A stretch of DNA of 64,000 nt, from the IMG/VR virus record IMGVR_UViG_645948499_000001, positions 10,902 through 74,901 of that record; one strand, written 5' to 3'. Positions 1 through 7,593 of the stretch are shown piece after piece. Source of the stretch: a virus. Taxonomy: Duplodnaviria > Caudoviricetes. Made by a program: the position numbers and the translations under genes. The notes beneath the pieces were generated by a model. That model was not told the origin of the DNA. It did no database searches and saw nothing but the letters and a program-made list of their open reading frames with translations. Each line of letters starts with the position of its first letter. The stretch's first letter is position 1.

Positions 1-1
1 C

Positions 2-451
2 AACAGTAAACTCACCGAGATCGCCAACATCCTGTTGGACTTCCAGGATCGCATTTCCAATCTGGAATCCGGACTGGAAACCACGGCTGCGTTCAAGATG
101 GCGAACCTTCGTGCCATCAACCAACTGGTTCCCGAAACCAGTCAGGAAGAGCAGGGCACTACCCTCACTGCAAGCGAAATGCAGGAAGTCCGTGATGGGT
201 TCGTGGCCGTGGTAGAAGAAAGGGACATGCTTCTGGCAAGCGACCAGGTTCTGCAAGAAGAACTGAAACAGCGGGAGGAAGAGTTCACCAACTTGACGGC
301 AGAACGCAATGACCTGCTGGCTTTCAAAAAGAAAGTCACTGTTACCTTGGGTATCTCCCCGGAAACCCACCCGAACCAGGCTGCCCACATCCTGACCAAC
401 CTGAAAAACGATTCGGTCATCCTGGCCAAGGTCCGGGCGGCGTTCAAATAA
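2..451 (+). CDS. hypothetical coiled-coil protein, probably 5'-truncated by the window edge
   Basis: Frame is open from position 2 to the stop at 451; heptad-like E/Q/L-rich sequence; phage-like codon use. Confidence 0.7.
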   Translation, partial: NSKLTEIANILLDFQDRISNLESGLETTAAFKMANLRAINQLVPETSQEEQGTTLTASEMQEVRDGFVAVVEERDMLLASDQVLQEELKQREEEFTNLTAERNDLLAFKKKVTVTLGISPETHPNQAAHILTNLKNDSVILAKVRAAFK

Positions 452-470
452 CCTAAACCATGGAGGCTAC

Positions 471-650
471 ATGAGCCAGTTCCAAGAAGTACGGCCTGTA
501 GCCCAGGCGCTGTACCCAACGCACCCCTCAACGAAAGATGCCCTCGAAGAAGCAAGACTTCTGCTTCCCGGGGGCACACATCACGACTTCATGCGGGCAT
601 TAATGGGTTACCACAACACCCTCGTGAAAGTCATGGAAGAGCAGTGCTGA
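471..650 (+). CDS. small hypothetical protein (59 aa, MSQFQEVRPV...GYHNTLVKVMEEQC), not in the ORF track
   Basis: GGAGG RBS before ATG 471, stop TGA 648-650; the YHNTL motif recalls a small conserved N4-like phage protein. Confidence 0.7.
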   Translation: MSQFQEVRPVAQALYPTHPSTKDALEEARLLLPGGTHHDFMRALMGYHNTLVKVMEEQC

Positions 651-1434
651 TCCGATTACCTATACCTACCCGGAACAGCTGGTGGTAGGAGATAGATGGG
701 TTTATTCCATCTTCAGAAGAGATGGACAGTTTTAGCTTTCCTCCTGTGTCATCGAAACCATAGGTATCTGGGTTTTCTGGACCAAGGAAAGTGACCGAGA
801 ACCCAGGTACTGGAACAGTCAGATACCGAACGATCTGCATAGCAGCCATACCAGCCGCAGGAATCTGCACCTTGATGTCCATTCTTGGGGTTTCGTCTCT
901 GTACATCGGAACCTCCGTAGAGGTGATTGTGTACTCTTCACCACTCGGTGGTTTAATCGTGAGCCTGTAGATCCAAGCTTTTGGTTGAGGTCGCCCCACT
1001 ACCTGGGCAGTGAGTCGCATACGAGGCACATCATCTGCGCCTTGGATCAACGCAATCGGGTGCTCATCCATTGCCCAGTCCGGTTGATAGTTACTCGGCG
1101 GTGAATAGATGATCCTGAAGTAAAGTTCCTTCGTCGAGGCGTGGTCATGGACTGCACCGAAACCAGTCCTGTAAGCATAATGCCCATTTTCATTGGTACG
1201 TATAGGTGAAAGATAATGACCACCGGTTGGATAAGGAGTTATCCACATAGAGTTACCAGGAAGCGATTTGAGAACTAAACCTTCTGGGTTAGATCGCCAC
1301 TCTTGGACAATTGCATTATTCGGTACTACAAACCGTGGGTCCGCAATGAAGGAGAAGTTCTCATCCGGTACGTTAGGGTCTGCTTTTCGACGGAATCGCT
1401 CCCTGCATGTACGGAAGTAGTGGTTGATGTTCAT
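631..1434 (-). CDS. hypothetical protein, possibly virion-associated
   Basis: Long ORF; start ATG 1434 overlaps the upstream stop (TAATG coupling). Confidence 0.65.
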   Translation of the reverse strand: MNINHYFRTCRERFRRKADPNVPDENFSFIADPRFVVPNNAIVQEWRSNPEGLVLKSLPGNSMWITPYPTGGHYLSPIRTNENGHYAYRTGFGAVHDHASTKELYFRIIYSPPSNYQPDWAMDEHPIALIQGADDVPRMRLTAQVVGRPQPKAWIYRLTIKPPSGEEYTITSTEVPMYRDETPRMDIKVQIPAAGMAAMQIVRYLTVPVPGFSVTFLGPENPDTYGFDDTGGKLKLSISSEDGINPSISYHQLFRVGIGNRISTALP

Positions 1435-2123
1435 TAAGCCTCCTCTACCGGAACGTTGGTGCCAGTGGCGTACCACTTAGCTGCACCACGCAACAAACCA
1501 ATGGTGGCGTTCTGCTCAGCGTGCGGAGCAAAAGCAACCAGAGTTTCGCCTGCTGCTGTCTTGAGGTCGATCCGCCCCATGGTATTGACCAGTAGACAGG
1601 AGAACGGTTTGGTATCAGTAGCAGTGATCTTCGGGGGAGTAACCTCCACGTCAGCAGCTACATCGAATACCAGCATGAAGTTATCGTCACCGGCCTGAAT
1701 GGTGTAAGGATTGGTGGTGAGGTGACGGATAGATACGGAACCCGGATCCCCGTCCTTGCCAGGAGCGCCATCTTTCCCCGGTGCACCGTCTTTACCGGGA
1801 GCACCGGGGTTTCCATCCTTACCTGGTGCGCCTGGATTACCCTTCAGCGAAGCAATGAAAGCAGCTTCGTCACCGGTGTTCCCTTGGTCAAGCCAGATCT
1901 GGTAAGCGGATTTTCCGTCTGCCCCTGGAAGACCAGGTTCACCTCCTCCACCACCCCCTCCGATGATGTTGATATCCCCGCGTCCAACCATGACGGCAGG
2001 CTGGTTCTGCACTTCGAAAGGCTGTCCGCAAATGGACCAACCGTTTTCCAGGTACATCGCCAGGAGAGTCTCCAGCGTTTTACCGGATTGTTGCTGTACC
2101 AGTTTGAATTCTGGTGCAGCCAT
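1434..2123 (-). CDS. collagen-like (G-X-Y) repeat protein with DUF1737-like N-terminus
   Basis: GNPGAPGKDGNPGAPGKDGAPGKDGAPGKDGDPG; GKSAYQIWLDQGNTG..AFIASLKG motif typical of phage collagen proteins; N-terminal LENGWSICGQP. Confidence 0.8.
   Translation of the reverse strand: MAAPEFKLVQQQSGKTLETLLAMYLENGWSICGQPFEVQNQPAVMVGRGDINIIGGGGGGGEPGLPGADGKSAYQIWLDQGNTGDEAAFIASLKGNPGAPGKDGNPGAPGKDGAPGKDGAPGKDGDPGSVSIRHLTTNPYTIQAGDDNFMLVFDVAADVEVTPPKITATDTKPFSCLLVNTMGRIDLKTAAGETLVAFAPHAEQNATIGLLRGAAKWYATGTNVPVEEA
1740..1845 (-). repeat. collagen-coding tandem repeat (GAPGKD x4)
   Basis: Repeated 18/27-bp units encoding GAPGKD or GNPGAPGKD. Confidence 0.8.
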
Positions 2124-2171
2124 TGTGTATCCCTCATCAATGAATGAAACCCAAGTCTACAGGAGTTTGTA

Positions 2172-3014
2172 ATGACCAACATCAATGCAGGTGCAATCGA
2201 ATCTATCCGTCGCTGCATGACGGTACACATGGAGTCCATCGGAACCGTGCGTCCGCACTTCATACTCACCGGTTCCAGTGGTGCAGGTAAGTCGTACACC
2301 GTCCAAGCCATCGCAGAAGAACTCGACCTTCCCTTTGTCGAGATCAACTGCGCCCAGCTGACGAAGGAAGGGCTGTCAGGTAACAGCTTGGCCAAAGAGA
2401 TGGCCGCTGTTAAAGGATTCTCCGGCATTCCCACGGTTGTGTTTGCCGACGAGTTCGACAAGCTGCTGATCTCGGGCAATTCCAACTCGGACCTGGCCCA
2501 TGAAAGCACTGCGGGGGTTCAGAATGAATTCCTGAAGATGCTGGAATCGGACATCACCAAGGTCTACGGCGACTACGGCAAGTACCAAGAAGTGAACGTC
2601 GGCAAAGTCCTCTTCATCTTCGCCGGCGCCTTCAATGGCGTGGACATGAACAACCTCGACGACCTGCGTTCCGTCGGAGTCAAGAACGAGTTCCTGGGCC
2701 GTGTGCCTCTGCACTTCCATTTGGAGAAGCCGACCCTCGAAGATCTCCTGGGCCTGCTCAATCGCTCGGCTCTGATGGAGGGCTACCTCGAACTGTTCTC
2801 TTCCGTGAAGCGCGACACGGCCCGCAAGGCCATTGCCGAAGCCATCAAGCAAGGCTACGACAGCAACACCCTGGGCGTTCGGTTCATCAACACCCTGGTA
2901 CACCAGTACTTCATCGAAGGTGGCTTCCAGGCCAAAAAGCCTTCGCAGAAGCGACCGGCTCGTTCACCCCACAAGCAGCCGCTGGACTTCTCCCGTGGCG
3001 CTGCAACCCGTTAA
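2172..3014 (+). CDS. ClpX/HslU-like AAA+ ATPase
   Basis: Walker A GSSGAGKS, Walker B VFADEFDKL, and GVQNEFLKMLE, LFIFAGAF, EFLGRVP matching ClpX motifs. Confidence 0.85.
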   Translation: MTNINAGAIESIRRCMTVHMESIGTVRPHFILTGSSGAGKSYTVQAIAEELDLPFVEINCAQLTKEGLSGNSLAKEMAAVKGFSGIPTVVFADEFDKLLISGNSNSDLAHESTAGVQNEFLKMLESDITKVYGDYGKYQEVNVGKVLFIFAGAFNGVDMNNLDDLRSVGVKNEFLGRVPLHFHLEKPTLEDLLGLLNRSALMEGYLELFSSVKRDTARKAIAEAIKQGYDSNTLGVRFINTLVHQYFIEGGFQAKKPSQKRPARSPHKQPLDFSRGAATR

Positions 3015-3048
3015 CTGAAACCAATCACTGTTCATTCTGGAGAACATC

Positions 3049-4119
3049 ATGCACTTCGACGAAACTCAGAAAGTATCCATCTTCAAGGCCGGCAACATCC
3101 TGCGTCGCTACCTCAAGTGCGGCCTGGTGCCCATGCTTCACGGTTCCCCGGCAATCGGTAAGTCCGCCCTGGTCAAGAGCTTGGCCAAGGAGTTCAACCT
3201 GCTGGTGATCGACGAACGTCTGTCTCAGTGTGATCCCACCGACCTGAAAGGTCTGCCGGACCTGGCCGGTGATCGTGCCACCTTCAAGACCTTCGACCAC
3301 CTCCCTCTCGAAGGGGACAAGATCCCGGCAGGCTACAACGGCTGGCTGCTGTTCCTGGACGAGATCAACTCGGCGGACGACACCCGTCAAGCAGCAGCGT
3401 ACAAGCTGGTGCTGGATCGGATGGTCGGCCACAAGAATCTTCACCCGTCCGTGGCCATCGTTGCAGCAGGCAACCTGGAAACCGATGGTGCAATCGTCAA
3501 CCCGCTGTCTTCGGCACTCATCAGTCGCTTCGTGCACCTGTACGTCGAGCATGACCTGAAGTCCTGGCTGAACAACGTTGCTCTGCCGAATGGCTACAGC
3601 AGCGTGATCACCTCCTACCTGGAGTTCCAGCCGAACGCCTTCTACACCTTCGACCCGGCCAACGAGGGCCAGATCTACGCAGCACCTCGTACCTGGGAGT
3701 TCGCCAACGCCCTGATCACCGACATGGTTGCCGGCTCCAATGGGCAGGTTCACACCATCCTGAACAGCATGGAGAACCGCATTGCTCTGGCCGGTGCCAT
3801 CGGCATGGGCAACGTGGTCACCTTCAAGGCATTCGTGGACTACTACGAGTCCGTACCGAAGGCCGAGGACTTGATCAACAACCCGGAAACCGTACCGGTG
3901 CCGGAAGACAACCCAGGTCTGCTGTGTGCAATCTGCGGCGCCATCGGCGAGATCATGGACGCCGAGAACGCGGAGCAACTGCTCAAGTACATCAACCGTC
4001 TTCCGGCTGACTACCGTGTGGTTGCCCTGAAAGGGGCAGTCAAGCGTCGTGGTGCTGGTTTGATCTCCGTACCGGCCATTTCCAACTGGATGATGGCCAA
4101 CGCCGACAAACTGCTCTAA
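3049..4119 (+). CDS. MoxR-like AAA+ ATPase (N4 gp24-like)
   Basis: GSPAIGKS, DPTDLKGLP, LFLDEIN, AAGN, ALISRF, PRTWE. Confidence 0.88.
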   Translation: MHFDETQKVSIFKAGNILRRYLKCGLVPMLHGSPAIGKSALVKSLAKEFNLLVIDERLSQCDPTDLKGLPDLAGDRATFKTFDHLPLEGDKIPAGYNGWLLFLDEINSADDTRQAAAYKLVLDRMVGHKNLHPSVAIVAAGNLETDGAIVNPLSSALISRFVHLYVEHDLKSWLNNVALPNGYSSVITSYLEFQPNAFYTFDPANEGQIYAAPRTWEFANALITDMVAGSNGQVHTILNSMENRIALAGAIGMGNVVTFKAFVDYYESVPKAEDLINNPETVPVPEDNPGLLCAICGAIGEIMDAENAEQLLKYINRLPADYRVVALKGAVKRRGAGLISVPAISNWMMANADKLL

Positions 4120-4136
4120 GCCAAAGGAGGCATCAA

Positions 4137-4598
4137 ATGGGCATGTATTACCTTGTGGTGCCTCCGGAGGTTTCCGCAGATGAGGTGTTCGAGGACGCTC
4201 CCTACAAACCATTGGGAGAGTTCGAGAGATGGAATCTCTATGAGTACTACGACCGCTTCTCCATCAACAGACACCACCTGCGAGATGCGGGGATAGCACA
4301 TGTAGTTGGGCTGTTCCCCCATCAAGTAGGTACGGTCACTCTGGTAGATGTGGGCGTTGTTTACTTCAAGAGTGCTACGGAAGAGGTGGAGTTGTACCGG
4401 GTGTTGTCTTCGGATATCCCGGAATCCACCTATGAAGCGGCGTCTCTGCTCAAGTACCGGAAGAAGCTGTCCCTGGAGGAGGTCACTATCCGGGGACTGG
4501 CTTGGGGTATGAAGCATCAAACCAGTAACTACAGGTTCATGGAACAGTACCGCCTGGGGAAACTCTGGCGGATGACCAAACTCATCACGGGAGACTGA
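4137..4598 (+). CDS. hypothetical protein
   Basis: AGGAGG RBS; fills the gap in the operon. Confidence 0.7.
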   Translation: MGMYYLVVPPEVSADEVFEDAPYKPLGEFERWNLYEYYDRFSINRHHLRDAGIAHVVGLFPHQVGTVTLVDVGVVYFKSATEEVELYRVLSSDIPESTYEAASLLKYRKKLSLEEVTIRGLAWGMKHQTSNYRFMEQYRLGKLWRMTKLITGD

Positions 4599-4599
4599 A

Positions 4600-5805
4600 A
4601 TGAGTAGCTTCAATGAGATGGTTTCGAAAGCCAAGATCCGGCTCATGGAACGGCCCAATTCGGTCTTCCTGGCCAACGTTGCAATGCGTCTTCGGTATCA
4701 CCAAGACGATGGGATGCCCACTGCTTACGTCCAAGGGACCAAGATGGGCATCAACCTGGAATTCTTCTCTGGCTTGAACAAGGCTCAGCAGGAGACTCTG
4801 CTGGCACATGAGATCGGGCACATTGTCCGGCTTCATGCTCAGCGTATGGAACACCGTAAAGCCATGGTTCAGATGCCTGGCGGCGGTACTTGTACCCTGT
4901 GGAACATCGCAGGCGATTTCGTCATCAACCAGGAGTTGAAAGACTCCGGCTTCTCTCCGCTGATCTGGAAAAGCAAGGACGGCAAGGAGTGTAAGTGGTG
5001 CCAGGACGACAAGTACAAGGGCATGACTACCGAGGAGGTCTATCAGGCTCTCTTGGAGGAAGCCAAGCAGAACGGTTCAGGAGGCGATGGTAGCGGTAGT
5101 GGTGCCGCAGTCTTCGATCCCAATGGTGATCCCATGGATGACCTGCGTCCCGGACAAGGTGAAGACGGCCAAGACGAAGGCGAGATGACTGACATCATCG
5201 TAGCCGCTGCCACTGCTGCTCGTCAGGCTGGTCAAGCTGGATCCATCCCTGGTGACGTGGCCGTATTCCTGGACAACCTGCTGCAACCCAAGTTGCCCTT
5301 GGCTGCCAAGCTGCAACGGTTCTTCACTCGCTTCAACAAGCGTGGCTTCACCTGGGAACGGCCCAACCGTCGTATGGCTGGCCGCTACTACCTGCCGAGC
5401 CTGAAAGGTAAGGCAGTCGGGGACATCCTGTTCTGCTTCGACCTCTCGGGTTCCGTCTCGGATGATGAGATCAAGCGGTACATCTCCGAGTTCAATGGTG
5501 TCCTTCAGAAGCTGAAGCCGGACAGCATGCACATGCTGACCTTCGACACCGAAATCATGAACGTCACCAAGATCCGCAGTACCAAGGAACTTCTGAAAGC
5601 GAAGCTGGAAGGTCGCGGTGGCACTGACATCAACCCTGTCTTGGCCTACGTCGAGAAGAAGAAGCCGACTGCCGTGGTGGTATTCACCGATGGTGGTTTC
5701 TGGCGTGCCCCGGATCGCAACCCAGGTGTGCCTATCCTGTGGATGATCCATGGCAATCCCAGCTTCAAGATCGACTTCGGACAAGTAACGCATTTCGAGG
5801 TCTAG
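4600..5805 (+). CDS. metallopeptidase-like plus VWA domain protein (DUF2201-type, N4 gp25-like)
   Basis: HEIGH (HExxH), WNIAGDFVIN, MIDAS-like DLSGS, GRGGTD, FTDG. Confidence 0.85.
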   Translation: MSSFNEMVSKAKIRLMERPNSVFLANVAMRLRYHQDDGMPTAYVQGTKMGINLEFFSGLNKAQQETLLAHEIGHIVRLHAQRMEHRKAMVQMPGGGTCTLWNIAGDFVINQELKDSGFSPLIWKSKDGKECKWCQDDKYKGMTTEEVYQALLEEAKQNGSGGDGSGSGAAVFDPNGDPMDDLRPGQGEDGQDEGEMTDIIVAAATAARQAGQAGSIPGDVAVFLDNLLQPKLPLAAKLQRFFTRFNKRGFTWERPNRRMAGRYYLPSLKGKAVGDILFCFDLSGSVSDDEIKRYISEFNGVLQKLKPDSMHMLTFDTEIMNVTKIRSTKELLKAKLEGRGGTDINPVLAYVEKKKPTAVVVFTDGGFWRAPDRNPGVPILWMIHGNPSFKIDFGQVTHFEV

Positions 5806-7056
5806 ATGGTTGATTTTGAAGAACTGACTCAAGGCCAGAAGGACGGGTTTGAACTCTTTGCCAAGTTTTACATGAGTCTCGAACCCATCCTTCTACTCAC
5901 CGGCTGGGCTGGTACTGGCAAGTCTACTCTGGTGCAGCACATTCTCAGCGTGCTGCCCAAGTATGACCGCCTGTGCAAGATCGTGGATGAGACCTACGTC
6001 CCCCGTGACGTTCATCTCACGGCCACCACTCACCAGGCTTGTGAGGCGCTGTCTCACTTGTCGAAGGAGTCTGGTTACCCAGTCTCTACTATCCATTCAC
6101 TCATCGGTGCCACGGTTCGTAAGAACCTGAAGACTGGCAAGTCGGAATTGGCTCTCAAGGGCAATGCTCTACCCGTAGAGAATGCCCTGATTGTCATCGA
6201 CGAAGCCAGTCACATCGATCAGCGTCTGCTTGGTTTGATCTACAAGCAGACCATCAACTGCAAGATCCTGTTCATTGGCGACAATGGGCAGCTGACCCCG
6301 GTCGGTTCGCACTACATGCCGGCTTTCGAAGCCAGTAAGTTGGTGATCGAACTGACCGAGGTCAAGCGGCAGGCTACTGGTCCCTTGGCTGAACTGTGTA
6401 CTGCCCTCCGCTCTACTGTGTTTGGTGGCCCATGGCCCAAGATTCAGTTGGACGGGGAGCAGTTGCGGCATCTGCCCCGAAACCAGTGGCAAGAACTGGC
6501 AAAGGATGCGTTCAAGGATCCTGACACCTGGGGTAACGTGAAGGTCTTGGCCCATACCAATGCGGCTGTGATCAACATGAACAACTACATGTCGCAGGAG
6601 ATCTACGGCACCAGCAGACCGATGGAAGGCCAACGCATGTTGGTCAACGAGGCTGTGATCACCCGCAAGGAAACCCTCAGCACCGGCCAGGAAGTTATGA
6701 TTGCTGGTTTGAGGGAAACCATCGAGTTCGATATCGAGGGCTACCTCGTGAACTTGCGGGGGAGCAAGGGCTGCTACTTCCTGCCCAAGTCTCGTATGGA
6801 GTTCAAGTCGCGTCTGTCGCTGGCCCGTAAGCAAGATGATTACACAACTCTCCAAGCTATGGAGGGGTTCGTGATCGACCTGCGCCCATCCTTCGCCTGT
6901 ACGGTCACCAAGTCACAAGGTTCTACCTTCGACTGGGTGTTCATCGACCTGGATGACATCTGCAAGCGGATCCACCATCCCAATCAGCTGGCCCGTGCTC
7001 TGTACGTTGCTTTCAGTCGGGCCAGGCAAGGGGTAATCATGACAGGGGATATGTGA
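5806..7056 (+). CDS. SF1 DNA helicase (Dda/RecD-like)
   Basis: GWAGTGKS, VIDEAS, GDNGQLTPV, TVTKSQGSTF, LYVAFSRAR. Confidence 0.9.
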   Translation: MVDFEELTQGQKDGFELFAKFYMSLEPILLLTGWAGTGKSTLVQHILSVLPKYDRLCKIVDETYVPRDVHLTATTHQACEALSHLSKESGYPVSTIHSLIGATVRKNLKTGKSELALKGNALPVENALIVIDEASHIDQRLLGLIYKQTINCKILFIGDNGQLTPVGSHYMPAFEASKLVIELTEVKRQATGPLAELCTALRSTVFGGPWPKIQLDGEQLRHLPRNQWQELAKDAFKDPDTWGNVKVLAHTNAAVINMNNYMSQEIYGTSRPMEGQRMLVNEAVITRKETLSTGQEVMIAGLRETIEFDIEGYLVNLRGSKGCYFLPKSRMEFKSRLSLARKQDDYTTLQAMEGFVIDLRPSFACTVTKSQGSTFDWVFIDLDDICKRIHHPNQLARALYVAFSRARQGVIMTGDM

Positions 7057-7589
7057 TGAGCAAGGCTAACCAAGTCAGGTTCAAGTCACTCCTCAAGGCA
7101 GCGATCCTTCGTGGCTTGTACGAAAAGCCGCAGAGGATCTACTACAACCAGCTGCTGCGTCTGCTGGAACGGGATGCTGCCATACGGGGTGATTCCATTC
7201 TCTGCGTGCGCGTCCGCGCACGGTTGTTGGTGGTTCCGAACGTCAAGAGCAACCTCCGGGCTTCGGAGGTAGTTCCTCGGGCCTCAAAGCAGATGCTTCC
7301 GGAGTACGAGGCACTGCTAAACCAGTGGGATCCAATCCTTCAGGATGAGCAGACCCAGGTAGGCATGTATATCAGCCATGTTCTGAACAAGTCTGATGAC
7401 TTTCGTGACTACCTCCCGCACATTCCTGACGGCTTGAGGAAGAACATCTCCAGCGTCTATGAAGCTTTGGGCATTCCCATGGAAGGTCTGAGTTTCCAGG
7501 CAGCCGGAGACAGTCTTGGTCCCTACCAATCCCACTACGAAGCCATGCTGAAAAGGGTAACCTCCAACCTGTTCTTATCGGAGGAGTAA
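7053..7589 (+). CDS. hypothetical protein (between helicase and DNA polymerase, as in N4-like phages)
   Basis: Start overlaps the helicase stop; syntenic position. Confidence 0.75.
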   Translation: MMSKANQVRFKSLLKAAILRGLYEKPQRIYYNQLLRLLERDAAIRGDSILCVRVRARLLVVPNVKSNLRASEVVPRASKQMLPEYEALLNQWDPILQDEQTQVGMYISHVLNKSDDFRDYLPHIPDGLRKNISSVYEALGIPMEGLSFQAAGDSLGPYQSHYEAMLKRVTSNLFLSEE

Positions 7590-7593
7590 GCCA

